A DNA stretch of 64,000 nt from Takakia lepidozioides (lineage: Eukaryota > Plantae > Bryophyta). Shown in pieces: positions 1 to 13,075 of this stretch. Where the stretch lies: assembly GCA_030704615.1 (NCBI GenBank), contig CM060732.1, forward strand, positions 48,174,001 to 48,238,000, in the 5' to 3' direction. Made by a program: the position numbers and the translations under genes. Numbering within the stretch: the first letter of the stretch is position 1; each line of letters opens with the position of its first letter. The notes beneath the pieces were generated by a model. It was not told the DNA's origin, made no database searches, and saw only the letters and a list, made by a program, of their open reading frames with translations.

Positions 1-1783
1 GTTGATCTGGAGTCTAGAGGTTGTTTCCACGAAGGCCAAGCTGGCTTTCGGCGAAACAGGGGCTGTGTGGATCATATCTTCACTCTAAGCCAGATTATCC
101 AGGGAAGGAAAAAAGAAGGGAAACCCACTTATGTCTTTTTCCTGGATGTCAAAAAGGCTTATGACACAGTGTGGAGAGATGGCCTATGGTTCCGCCTCTG
201 GTCTTGTGGGATCAAGGGAAAAATGTGGAGAGTTGTCCACAACTTGTATGCTCACACCACAAGCTGTGTCACTGTTAACGGACAGAAGTCCAACTTCTTT
301 GACATAGACCAAGGTGTAGCTCAAGGATGTACTCTCTCCCCTCTGCTCTTCAATGTTTTCATCAATCAACTCCTCGAGGATGTGGAAAGTGAGGGATTTG
401 GGTTAAGGGTGGGTGATACCACCATACCAGCCCTTATGTTTGCGGATGACTTCGCAGGCATAGGGGAGACTCCAACCAATCTCCAGGAGTTGATTGATTG
501 CGCGAAGAGATACTTTGATCTTTGGGGGCTAGAGGCTAATGTCAGCAAATGTGCAGTGGTAGCATTCAACGACAGAGGAGAGGGAGGAAGTGATCTTAAG
601 TGGCAGTGGGGTAGCCAAGAGATCCCGGTCCTCCCTTCCTACACTTACCTGGGCGTTGAGTTCTCCTCCAATTGTAATTGGGATGCACATATCCGGAAAG
701 TTGTTCAAACTGGCAAGGGCAAAGCTCTGGGGCTCACTAAATGTTTCCACTGCAGAGGGGTCAACTCTGAGGTTAAGAAAACCATGCTTTGTCGCGTTAT
801 TAGACCTGCCTTGGAGTACGGATCTGCTATATGGGTTGATAACTCCAACCAGGCTAAGTCTCTAGAATCCATTCAAGTGGGGGTGCTTAAGGAGTGTATG
901 TCAGCATGCTCCAAAACAGCCAATGTGGCTGTTCGGGGTGAGTTTGGCATTCCGTCCTTAAGCTCCCGACGAGATGAATTCAAGGTCAGATGGTGGGGTC
1001 AGCTGCAACATATGCCCAACACCAGATATCCTAAATTAATCGACTCTATATCTTGGAAACAGGACCGCCCTGTCAAACAGGCTAAGTCCTGGCAGAAGAG
1101 AGTAGAAGAGATCCTCAAGGACCTGGACCTGGATCCGCAAGTCTTGACCCTGCTGGATAAATCTGACTTAGAGGCTGTAGTGTCCTCAGCCATGTCTGTT
1201 GCCATGAGATTGTCTGATGAAAATGAAGTTAGGCAGAAAACTTCCCTGAACTTGTTTCCAGTCTGTGACATGGGGGAGGACATCTTGGATGACCTCAAGG
1301 GTCTACCCACTCTCGGCACTAGACTGAAATTTAAACTCAGGGCAGGAAGCCTACCTTTGAACAGCAAACAGAAGCAGAGAGGAAAGGGAGAGTGCAATTG
1401 CCCGTTGTGTGGGCAATCTGAAGACAGTATTCATTTTCTGATACACTGTCCGGGGTTCTCTCACCAAAGAGACGCTCTCTTCAAATCTATTTAAGGGAAT
1501 TGTGCCTGTACCCCTGTTTACCAACTTTGAAAGTCTCGAGGCTGAGCCAAAAGCCCAGGCCCTCCTGAGGCCTAGTTTTTGGGCAAATCACACACAGCAG
1601 ATTGATGCTTGTGTGAAGGGATTTCTAGAGGATATCTGGAAAACCCGGATTAATTCTTTATATGGAGGTAAGTCTTACTACCAACGTCAGCCCCTGACAG
1701 AGGTAGGTTCTGTCCCTTTTGTTCCCGCTCAAACTGGGCGCGGGGTCAATGGCCACAAGGCTATGGCAAACAACGTCTTATGA
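1..1783 (+). mobile_element. Non-LTR retrotransposon (LINE) ORF2: RT plus C-terminal Cys/His knuckle; 5' part outside the window; probably inside a GCH1 intron
   Basis: RT motifs FLDVKKAYDTV, GVAQGCTLSPLLFN, LMFADD and YTYLGV. C-terminal CPLC...HFLIHC. A +1 shift at about 1490 (TATTTAAG) joins ORF 67..1494 to 1502..1783. Confidence 0.93.
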
Positions 1784-2511
1784 GTACAATCTATAGAGAT
1801 ACATTTTCTTCATGTGACATTTGGGAATAAGGAGAACATGTGGAAGGGAAGAGGAGGAAGAAGCTGGAGATGTGGTCCTTTCAGTGCTGTGTAGCAACCT
1901 AAAGCCATAGCAACAGTTCAGAAATCTCATGCCTGTATCATTTGCTTGGATAGTAACTCCAGAATCAGACCTGACTAGAATTTGCCCCATGAATACCATC
2001 AGCCGGTGAGGGAGTGCCTCAAAACTATAGAGGCCAAGGGTCCTACCCAGTCTACCATACACACCAACCCACCTCCACTACTGTTTTGCCCTGTCCCTGC
2101 TTCCTTCTTGTTCTAGTAGCATGAAGGACTTTCCATTGACTAACGGACTTCCACATGATTCAAGTCTTGTGTGTGGCCCAAGCAGCCACACTAGCAGACA
2201 TTCCATGTTTCCTGAGCAATAGGATAATGCCAGAGTGCAGGTACCTGTGCTGAGAGAGAGAATTTACTCCTAAGACGGGAATAGACACTACCTTTGTGAG
2301 GGGCTTACTCCAGTAGTGGGACTTAACCTTGATATAATCAATTTGTTTTCAGGCTTGCCAGATAGAGAGAGTTTTCTTTTCAGAGCTTCGCAACCACATA
2401 ATCATGACCCCCCTTTAGCCAGGTGGGAAGGTAAGGGTGGAGAGGAGACTTATCGATGAGGGGGTGAAGGCATGGTAAAGGAGGTAATGACAAGGGGTTG
2501 GGATGGTGTAG

Positions 2512-4000
2512 GGTATCGACAGGCAGCGAAGGACATTATTGGGGGGGCACTGTTTGTGGAAGCTGGAGCAGGGGGTGGTACTGGGAGTGGGGGTGGCTGT
2601 GGAGGCATGGTGATGGTGCGTAGCATTGAGCTGTTTGCTTTGTGTGAGGCCTGCCTGTTGCCATTCCGTCTACGCTGCCATGTGGCTTACATCCCTCTGG
2701 GACAGCGTGTGGTTGGGTTAAGCAAGCTCCCACGTGTTGCTGAGATCTTCGCCAAACGACTGCAGACCCCAACCCGATTTGCTGACGAAGTGGCACAAGC
2801 CTTGGCAGATGCGCTCAAGCCAGAGCCATTAGGCGTCGCTGTCCTAGTTGAGAGTTGGCACCTGCAGTGGCCAGGTTTGTGTTTCTTTTCCCGTCTTTCT
2901 TGTGCTTTTCTGACACTGTAGGTGGACCCCATATGGTAAGGTGGAAGTGGGGGGATTGGCAATATGACCTTGTACTCAGGGTACCTGCTTACCAGGTTTG
3001 AATCCTGCTTGCAGGTGTGAGTGAGAGTGCAGCTGGCAATGTGGAGGAGACTGTGGGCTGGGTTCCCTTCTCTGTGTGTTCTGGAACAGGCCAGTTTCAA
3101 GACAAGGGAGGTGATTTATGGAATGAGTTTGTGGCTATGCTTCAACTGGAGGGCCTGGATGTAAAGAAACCTTGTACTGTTGATGTGGATGGACAGTACA
3201 CAAAATATAGCGAGTGTCCTTTCTTCTTGTGTGATGCTAATGCAATTTCATGCTATAGCAGGTTCAATGTACTCCCATCGCAACCACTTTGCAATGGGTG
3301 TCCAGGATTACGAATTGCAGGTAATGGGGTCCACAAAGATACAACTATGTCAGGGGTGGATGGGGCAACCGATAATGTGCCATCCATGATGGCCGCAGTG
3401 GAGAGTCTGTTGCGACTAGTGGGTGAGGACCCAGGTCGGAAAGAGCTTCAGCTTACACCGTGGCGCTTTGTCCAGTGGCTATTGACTTCCACTCAAGGCA
3501 GCAGGCTTCCACTGCCTAGTGTTTTTGACTTTAGTGCCAATTTCAAGGGTGTGTCGAATGACACCCTTGTGGTCAATGGACAAAATTACCTGGCAGCAGA
3601 TACAGGGCCAGGTGAGCAAGCAGAGGGGATTGCAACAGAGCTGAATCTGCCATTCTGCTCACAGTGCGAGCACCATTTGCTGCCATTTTTGGGAGTTGTT
3701 CATGTGGGTTATGTAGGTGGGCGAGGGGGCCGGCAGCTGGACAGAGGGAGCATTCAGAGGGTAATACGGGGCTATAGTCAACGATTGCAGGTGCAGGAGC
3801 GGTTGACGCGGCAGATTGCAGAAGCCATTGGGGGGGCTGTAATGGTGGTAGTGGAGGCGAGTCATATGTGTATGCTGTCACGTGGTGTCCAACAAGTTTC
3901 CTCCTCCACTGCCACCTACGCCTCCCTAGGCATCTTCTCTGTTGACGCCACTGTTCGTGCCACCTTTTTGCAGTTAGTTGCCAAGCGAACTCGTGGGTGA
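2512..4000 (+). CDS. GCH1: GTP cyclohydrolase I, plant two-domain type; exons 2512-2874 and 3015-4000; first exon(s) upstream of the window
   Basis: Domain 1 has CEACLLPF..HVAYIP..VVGLSKLPRV..FAKRLQ. Domain 2 has CEHHLLPF..RLQVQERLT..EASHMCMLSRGV. GT-AG intron 2875-3014 keeps phase. The AG at 2510-2511 precedes the conserved G-YRQ junction. Confidence 0.93.
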
Positions 4001-5446
4001 CTAGAACCCTTTGCCTTTTCACTATTATAACCTTTCATCCACCTTCCTCTGTTCAATGGCGTTACCATATTCAATTACTCCAATGATTCACCATTTTTTC
4101 GGGAGGCCCCTGCCTGATCATTAATGTCTTGTGTCAGTCTTTTTTGTAGTCTGTCACACCAGGCTCAAGCATTCAGCATGTGTATGTCTGGCTTGTACTA
4201 TAGTTTTGGTCTGAAGAAACCGAGAACATTTCTTGAGACGGAACAAAATTTTGGGAAAGAGTATACTTTGATAATCTCAATGCAGAAGAATGCAAAGCAT
4301 CATCAGGATGATAGGGTTCCGTGTTCCTCTTGGTCAGCACTTCTGACTTGAAGCATGCCTGCCATGATTTCTTGACTTAGCAAATGCTGTCTAGAGGGTG
4401 TGAGGAGGTTGTGGGGTGGAGGTTTGTCATGTCGGTATGATTGTCCACCCCAGCATGCCCCTGTGGGAACCGCAGTTTTTTGTACATGAGGATTACTCTT
4501 CCAAGCTCCCAAAAGGATGTACATGTCATTCTTATCACCACCAGAGAATAGTTTCCTCTCATGGGTAAAGCAGAGATATCATGATGGTGGATTTTGGATT
4601 TGGCTGCTGATGCAAAACTGTGAGCGTTTAGTTCATCTATGGGGTTCTCACATCAGTGAGGGAGGAAGCTGGGGTCGCATTGGACTACTGGAACTTGGTG
4701 AAGTAGTTGCAGTTTGATAATCCTCTATTAATAGCTCCAATAAGAGATGGACTATTTTTTATATATGTGGAGGAAGTCTATTGTGAGTGGACATTTCAGG
4801 TTTGCAGTTGAATCCTGTTACCCTTGGCCGAACGCAACGCAACCAGAATATGGACTTTGAATGGCTTGGGGGCCCCATATAGTGTTCCAAGTTCTTTATG
4901 AACAGGAACATAGATCGACCCTTTGTCCATGACAACACCTGGAATCCTGGCCTTTTGAAAATGGAGAAGGAAATGTGGTCAATCCATTCTTTGTTAACAT
5001 TTTCCTGATGGGGCCAAGAAATTGTTGTATAGATTAGTCTGCACTATCTTGGGTGAATGGCAGACACAGAACCTGGCTCAAGAGACAAACAAACTAGATT
5101 CATGCCCTGCAAGCATGAATATTATCTGACCATGCCCTGCAAGCATGCTATGTACTCTCATCAAGAAGTCAACACATCTAGTTCCAAAAGTTCCAAGGCA
5201 ATATGTTGAGAGATCACAAAGGCATCAATAGTGGAGACTGATATTACTAGTAAATCACAACAGCATGAGAGGACAAAATTGACTGCAGTAAAGATAATCT
5301 CAGGTGCAGGAGATGTTTTCTGAGGGTAATCCAAACAGCAGCCGCCGTCTAGTTGCATAATGGCTTCATCCTTAAGATGTTCATTTTGTATGTCTAGATC
5401 AATAAAAACACAATAATTGAAAATGGCTATTTCTCAGTAGTATATA

Positions 5447-5670
5447 TTTTTTTTAAAGGAAACCTGGGAGCGACTGCTCACAATTCAGGCCCTTGAGGAG
5501 GGGGGAAAATTAACCCCCTTTCAGATAAGCCATTAGGCACACAGGAGGGAACATCACCACCAGACCACCCGGTCAAACAATCCACACACCACGCAGGGCA
5601 GCGGGTTTGAACCCTGAACCACCAGGGCAACACATTGTGCACTTACCAGCTGAGCTACCAGCCTATGTGC
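5447..5670 (-). mobile_element. tRNA-derived SINE, family 1
   Basis: On the minus strand: A-box-like TGGTAGCTCAGCTGG, B-box GGTTCAAACC, a non-tRNA body and an A-rich tail. Related copies lie at about 12866, 59372 and 61717. Confidence 0.8.
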
Positions 5671-5869
5671 GTTATTTTCCAAATTTTAAAAAAAAAACAC
5701 TGGTCCCAAGTTCTTTTAAAAAAAACAAAAAAAAACACTTTAAAAAAAGCACAACAGGGCATTGGCCTATGGGTCGTGTATCACTATTATTACTGCACTG
5801 ACTTGTCATCAGAATAAATTATGAGTAGAAGTAAATTGATAAAGGCAACACTCCCATTCAATGAATTAT

Positions 5870-7020
5870 CATGTTAAGAATTTCACTACTCCGATCAAGC
5901 CTCAAAAGTTTTGCTTTTCAACACAAAGTCCTTTTGCAATATGTCTACAACCATGTTGTTGGTGTTGGAAGACACCAATTTGACAAATCTCGCCTGAGTC
6001 TTATCTCATACTAGATGATGATGAATTTCAATATGCTTTGTGCGAGCATGAAAAATCGGATTCTTCGAGAGAGTAATGCACCCTTGGTTGTTATCATATA
6101 TGACGATGGTATCCCTCTTTCAATTACCAATACTTGACAGAAAAGACGATAATCATATTGCTTGCTTTGTGGCTTGAGATACAACCATAAATTTTGCCTT
6201 TGTTGATGACAGCACAATTATACATTGTTCCCTGTTGCACATCTAACTAACTATTATGTCAGCATAAAAGCATAGCCAGATGTAGAATGGTGGTTGTGAA
6301 CATTCCCTCCCCAATTTGCATCACATTAGCCATAGATCTCTGTACCTTTGCGAGCCATATTGTAAAATACCATTTGAATTCAGTTGCTCCAAAAAGTAGA
6401 ATGGCGGCCATCAAAATTTTCCAGCCCACATGTATTCTTGCCAATAATATTTAAGATACCATTCGACCTCACTTGGTCCATGTGTTCTTAAGCACAAGTC
6501 ATAGTTTATTATGCCTCTCAGATAATGAAAATCTGCTTTACTGCAACTCACTGTAGTTGCCTAGCCTATTTAGCCACAATAAATTGGCCCGGAACCCACA
6601 TTGTTTGTGCAATATTTGGCTTTTGCATAGACCATTGCATACATGACTCAACTTCTGACAAATCTGTCTCAAGGAAAAAGACCTCCATCTTAATTTTCCA
6701 TGTATGAAAATCGTGACCATCTTGCTTATCTCTATTTGAGCATCATTAGCACAAGATGTCACGATGATCGTTTGATATTTTGTTAACTGCAAACACTCAA
6801 ACTTTCACTTCTAATTGCAAGCATTCGAGCCTATAGGACGTGATCAAACCAGTGTTGTACTGGTATACCATAGTACCTTGCAAGTTCAACAATCATCTAT
6901 CGAATATTTATTTTATTTTGAGGGTTTCATTTCATATGGAATATTCCCAAAGATGCTTTATTATAATTCACAAAGTTATTTAATTTCACAAAATCAATGT
7001 ATTTTCAACAAACTTTGAAA
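5870..7020 (-). pseudogene. Degenerate Ty1/copia RT-RNaseH remnant
   Basis: The minus strand at about 6100-6000 translates IYDNNQGCITLSKNPIFHARTKHIEIHHH, the copia RNaseH signature. MYAMV is at about 6640. Many stops; limits approximate. Confidence 0.75.
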
Positions 7021-9007
7021 TATTATAATTTGTGTCGAAATTGCCAAGGTACTACGGTATAGGGTTAACCCAAGTATCAATAGTGGGTATCAACCTGGTG
7101 TGAGAGAACCTACCAGGCGGGTAGGTGACGGCCACAATACCCAAGATAGACCAGTGTTACCCTATTTTGGGCCGCCACCCTACCAGACTCATATTGAGGC
7201 CTCTCGTGAATGCAGAGCGCGATACCAGTTTCAAAGACATCTGGAATCCTGGGTAGGGTCTTGCAAGATACTAACACACATTATAGGGAAGGCTGACGGC
7301 TTTGTAGAGGGAATCTTTGAGCGGCGGATATAGATTTGTCACGCGGCCATTTTCCGTGTGTCCACGTCATACTGAAACCCGTCAAGATGTCACATGTAAT
7401 TCAGCCTATCTGTCGTGAGAATAAACTTCATACCCGGGTTGATATCTGTCTGGTATTGCACAATTCCAAACCCTGCTATTGATACCACATACTGGTTCTT
7501 GCAAAATGCAATACTTATATCAGTATTCTATTTCGGAAATCCTTGTTCTGCAATACCTAGGGCCATACCAGTGTTCACATTTCAAAACAAATCAAGCCCC
7601 GGACCCGGCTGGTATGTTAAAAATTCAATACCAGTACAAGACTGGATCAAACCCCCCAGCCCCTCTTTATGTTACATACCGTATAATACAATAGATATTA
7701 GGGATTAAAGATGAAATGTCTTACTAAAGTTCTCCAACGTACCCTGGGAATGCAACAAGTTTTCTGCCCTTCGAGGTTTCTCCCTATTTTCACTCAAAAT
7801 AATTATGACAAAACTTTATTCCAATTGAGTTATCTCCAATTACTATTTTGATAATTGATTTGTACTCACTCCCGAGTTGAGCTAAATGAGGCTTATGTAG
7901 ACTTCTCAGTTCTCATCAAAATAATTCTGAGGAGAAATAACTTGATAAGGAGTTCATTTCCAACAAGGAGGACCCAACAAACTTACATTTCATACTCTGT
8001 CTATAATCAACTCTGTCTATAATCAACTCGTGTCGATAGTCAAGGTTACAAGAGGTGAAGATCCTGCCATGGCTAAGATAAGATATTATTCCTTTTGTAA
8101 ATTCTTTTCTGAAGCTACATGCCAAAGGTCACTTGCCACCATCTCAGTCATATTTAAGTACAAAGATGAGGAATACACAATTCACACAGGAGAGAAAGAG
8201 AAGAATTTTGAGGAGAAAAGCTATCATTCGTGTCATAGGACCCTTACCTACAGTAATACAAGATTGGCATTACACACTAGGTGAGAGAGGGTATAATAAC
8301 TCCAATAAGGAAAGAAATGAAAGCAAGGCAAGGAAGGGAAATGAGTTTAACAACCTTACAGAACAGAGAGGCTTCTCACTGTATGCACCAAGTAGAGCAT
8401 CTACCTATGCAGAATTCCAGCAATTCCTTTAGAGCCTTAGCTAAACCACAACCTTCCGGTCGATGGCTGACAAAGGGGCCAGAGCCATGGAATTTGGCAT
8501 TCTGAACTCATTGCTTTTGCTGCTTTTTCACCTGCCACCGAGTGAAAATAAGGGCACTCCCCCCTCCAACAATCTACTACTCTTCCATCTGAAACCAAAC
8601 CAACGCCAACTGTAGCCAGAAAAAACAAACACATCACCTCCAACCCAAGGAAAAGCAACCATTGACTTTCATTGCTTATAGAGAACAGACAAACACAATC
8701 CACAATCAGACATTGAGCATAGGTGATTTGTAACAGATGGTTATGATCTAGGTAACAAGAATGTACAAATCTACTATGGATGCCGAACACAGTATATCCA
8801 TTAAACAATGGTGAAAAATAGCAGACTAATAAGAGAGCTTCCAGGTTTTAGGATAGCACATGTAGCCCACATCTTGTCTGCCAACATATTTACAATAGTA
8901 TAGAATCCAAACTATAAGCAAACTGATAGACTTGTCCTTGGCTACCAGAATCACATCCTGAATCGTTGGCCTACCACGCCTCATCTCACTTGAAGCATTG
9001 CGTTCCC

Positions 9008-12000
9008 TCATAGAATCAAGCCTTGGGCAGGTGGGGGCTTCACTGAAGGCTCATTGGAAGATTGCAATGGGGAGTATTGATCATAGCCAAGAGACACATT
9101 AGGATATCTCACACTTGCTGAGTCAGCTGCCGAGCTTAGTGAAACAGCTGCACGCTCTCCAGGATATGGAGGTGGCGGGCCATAGCTGTTAGCAAAGGGT
9201 GAGTGATACTCTTGCTCAACTGATCCCATACCCTGGCCTCTCCTGTGCTCCTCTGATTCATACAAAGCCGCCTTCTCCTTTGCTCTTTGATTCACATCTT
9301 TTGCAGCCTTTGTGACCTTGGTAAATGCACCAGTAAGCCAATTTGCACCTGTTGAGACATACCTATTCTTCAAGAGAGCTGTGCCAGCAAGGTTAACTTT
9401 CTCCTCAGCCACAGCAAAGGCAGACCGTGTCAATTCAGAGACCTGATACTTCTGATCGACAGCCCTCAGTTGTTCACTCACCACAGATGTACCTGCACTC
9501 AGCTTCTGGCTGATACCAGTTTTCTTGTCAAACGATGAAACTGTTGCTGATGCATTGGCCGTTAAGTGATGCTTTTCGTCAAATGATTTGGCTAAGCTCA
9601 TTGCATCCTTCCCCAACACAAAACCTCTTGCCAGCATGCTTGACATGACATCCTGCGCGCTGTTCTCACCGTCTCCTGACTGTATCAAATTGGAAATCAC
9701 AGTACTCATTTAGGAACATGACATGACCAGGGATAAATCAAAACAGATCTCTGCATGCAACTACAGCTTGCAACCCTAAACTGCATGCAACCCTAAACTT
9801 CCCATGTACAGAAGAGACCAAACCACGGGCTTCCTTTCAAGCGTCCATATAGATACCTCATACAAATAGAGTGTGATGCAAAAGATTTTTCTAAAGGCTG
9901 CTAAATCTACTCTTCCAGGCCGTGGTCCCCAAAACCCAATAAATGCAAGAGAGACCTAAGAAAATAACAAAGAGCTTCAACAGCTAGCCTTCCATGCCTC
10001 AATTATAAATATTACGAGCTGTCACTCCTTCAGTGCCAAGCCTTTAACAGCAGATGAACCTTGTTCTACTTGATTTGTGACCCTTTTAGAATGTCTAACG
10101 AGACATTCCACTGCCTTGCCATAAGGTGGATATAGTCAGGAACCATCCATGCCAAGTATCTGCCACAGGTGAGGGGATGGTTCTTTGTTTGGAATGTCAC
10201 TACCAGTTCTCTGAAGGGAATGACATACCTTACAGCTTGCATCTCTCAAATGCTGTTAAATCTTTGTGCCTTCATAAATTCTAATTCTTACTCTGATATA
10301 CAGCCTATCAACTTAGTTTTATGCCAATGGTCCGCCATATTGCAGGTTCCAGAAGTGCTTTCTGGCTGTACTGCTAGGACGAACAAATGGTTCAAGGCTG
10401 CAAATCTGTTTCCAGTTTTCTTCTGAAAGAAAACTGGAAGAACCTTGCATCTGACACTTGGTGTTCTAGACATCAGATGCAAGGCTTTCAAGCGCAAACC
10501 TAAAACAGATTCACATCCTTGAACACTGATATCCATTTGGGATACAGCCAAAACAAGCAGCGTAATATGGCATACTCGAGATATGTTATCTGCATGATTC
10601 AGCCAAGTCTGAAGGAGCATACCTCAGGCCCTGTACTGCTCTGCTCCCATGCAGTAGTAGTTCCACCTGCTGTCCACTCAGGCTCTTCCACAGGAGTAAT
10701 GTTCACCAATCGATCCACCACTGTCGCACCCTGCCAGTCATAGAAGGCAGACTTCATCAACTCACCCTCTGTGACACTCACTATAATGAACTCAATCAAA
10801 CAACTCAACCATTTTCATATAGGACCTGAATACATGACTAGGCCAGTTATTGTGGTTACACCAATAAAGTAACTGAATCAGATGACCACATCCTAAATGC
10901 GTGCAAGCCTCACCAAACCAAAAGTGCGGAACCAATATTCATTAATAATTTGAGCCCTAGCCAAATACAAGCATCGAAACAACTTTGGCTAAAGTTAATT
11001 TCAAACTCACCGACAGAAGAAGGGCAGTGTCCAACGCATGCACATCCTTGAAAGTCACATAAGCAACCTGCGACAAGTCCCCATCTCTGATAGGGAACCA
11101 CAAACTCACATTAGGCCAGCGAGGTTAGGAGAGGAGAAGCAGCTCAAGCTCGCTAAGAAAAGACTAGGATAAATGCACCTTGTATTGCAATCGGATGTAG
11201 CTCTTGTTTACTGGCTTCTGCTGTAGTCCTCTCTCTCTTGCTCTCTCTCAAGAATAAGATAGGGGATTGTAATTGCCTGATGTGCGGGCAACCTGAAAGA
11301 CAATATCCATTTTCTGATACATTGTCCAGGCTATTCTCACCAAAGAATGACCCTCTTCAGGAACATCAAGGTTCCTGCACCTCTGTTCACCAACTTTCAA
11401 AATCTTGAGGCTGAGCCTAAAGCCCTGGCCCTGCTGGGATCTAATTTTTGGACTGCTCACACACAGCAGGTTGCTGCTTATGTGAAGGGCCAGGGATCTG
11501 GATTTTAAGGCTTCAGTGATTGTAAGACCTTCCTCATGCAAACCTGAGACCTCTCTCAATTGTGAGGGTTTCTAGAGATGCCACCAGATGCCAACTTGAC
11601 TTCATAAAAAGGCTCGAGTTGGTGGTTCTGTACTGTGCATGATCTCTTCACCTAAAACTTTCCATGAAGGTATCGGATAAGAAGAGAAGCAGCTCAGTCT
11701 GCATTCCTCAAGGAAGGAAGGCTCTATCAATGGATGGCTGAAACTAGAGATTGACAGAAATGGCCTCTTCCTCAAGCAACATTCAGGTAAAGGGCATGAG
11801 CTAACAGATTTTCCTTGGTACCTCATGCATTGATCTACATGCAAGGGCTTTGCAAGGCCGTTATGTTTGATTGTCATTTAGACTTTGCTCAATTGTCCTA
11901 TCTTTCTTGGTGTACATGGATACAACTAGGTGAGGCCAACAAAGAATGCTATTCCACCACCTATTGTTTGTGGCTCTGGGTGGGATAGGAGCAAGTGAGG

Positions 12001-12469
12001 CTTTATCGTTGCTTTGATTTCTAATTTTTCATTTAATCATTCATATCTTGTCATAACATGGCAGCAGTAACCTCTCTCTGTGCAGTAGCAAACCGGACTA
12101 ACCTCTGTAGTTCAACATGCTCAACCTCCCCAGAGAAGGAGAAGAAATCTCGTAGGTTGTGCTCTTTCGCATTCGTTGAAAGATTGCTAACTTGAACAGT
12201 ACGTGTCTGCAAACATTACCATTCCACACAAGTCTAGGAGTCAGTCACGTCATACCAGGTTACAAGTAAACTGACAGACGGGAATCACCTTCCAACCATC
12301 TAGCATGAGTCAGTAAACAATTCTCTAAAACAACTGGAACCGCTGGTAAACAGAGTATCCACTTTCACATATTCCTCCTCAATCTCCGCGAAAAATCCCA
12401 AGAATGACCCCCTCGTCTAATCAGGGAACTCGCCCCACGAATTACCAAAAGAAAGAAAGGTACCGGCAT
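9008..12469 (-). CDS. RRM protein, BPA1 (binding partner of ACD11)-like; exons 12469-12464, 12206-12103, 11086-11011, 10730-10623, 9679-9008
   Basis: The spliced product reads MP-TRTVQVSNLS..DFFSFSGEVEHVELQR-DGDLSQVAYVTFKD..TALLLS-GATVVD...AQDVMSSMLARGFVLGKDA..DQKYQVSE..NRYVSTGANWLTGAF..AQGLIL. All introns are GT-AG and in phase. Confidence 0.9.
11262..11490 (+). mobile_element. 3' fragment of the same LINE family as 1..1783, in intron 2 of the BPA1-like gene
   Basis: Aligns by eye with 1386-1620 (cattttctgatac..tgtcc, tctcaccaaaga, gaggctgagcc.aaagccc, cacacacagcag..tg..gctt.tgtgaaggg). Confidence 0.85.
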
Positions 12470-12865
12470 AGCTAGATCGCAGACAGAGAGCGGTGATACA
12501 GCAGATCGAAAGATAGACGGAGAGAAGCCCACACGGCAGCGTTGGCAAGCAGTCTCTGATTGCTTCCCCCACGACCTATCTCATACCCGTTATTCTTGCA
12601 CTGTTACAAACTAGATACAAACACAAGAGAAACTCACGCACGAAGCGAAAGAGGGCTACAAAGCAATCGCAAAACCAGCAAGAACGCAACAAGAACAAGT
12701 AGAAGACAATTAGGTCAATCCTTCTGCCCCAATTAAAAAGAACATTCGGGCATATCTTCTTTTTCCCTTGCCCGTGAACTTACTGCCCCTCAATAAATTA
12801 TTGTTATTTCTTTTATTATTTTTATTGTTATTATTAAAAATACTGATTTCTCTCGGTTTTTCAAC

Positions 12866-13075
12866 CTGTGGTTGGTAGTTGGCAGCTCACTTGGATACTA
12901 CACTGAGTGTCACCCTGGTGGTACGGGGTTCAAATCCTGCTACTCTGTCCTGCGGGAAATTGGAATGGTTTGCTTCGTGACCGGTTGGTCTGGGGGTGAC
13001 GTTTCCTCATGTCCCTCTTGTGTGCTTATATGGAAAGGGGGTTAACTTTTGCTCCAGAGTTTCCTTTACAAAAAA
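12866..13075 (+). mobile_element. Diverged tRNA-derived SINE, family 1
   Basis: ggcagctcacttgg...ggggttcaaatcc...aagggggttaact...gtttcctttacaaaaaaa is colinear with the copy at 5447-5670. Confidence 0.7.

Noticed and set aside
5590-5670. Functional tRNA gene (also at about 12870, 59380 and 61730)
   Set aside because: A/B boxes are present, but there is no convincing cloverleaf and the more complete copies continue into a shared body and A-tail, so these are SINE heads.
7045-7690. Possible MITE with TACGGTAT termini and ATACC-rich interior
   Set aside because: Only 8 bp of inverted match, which is too little to call.
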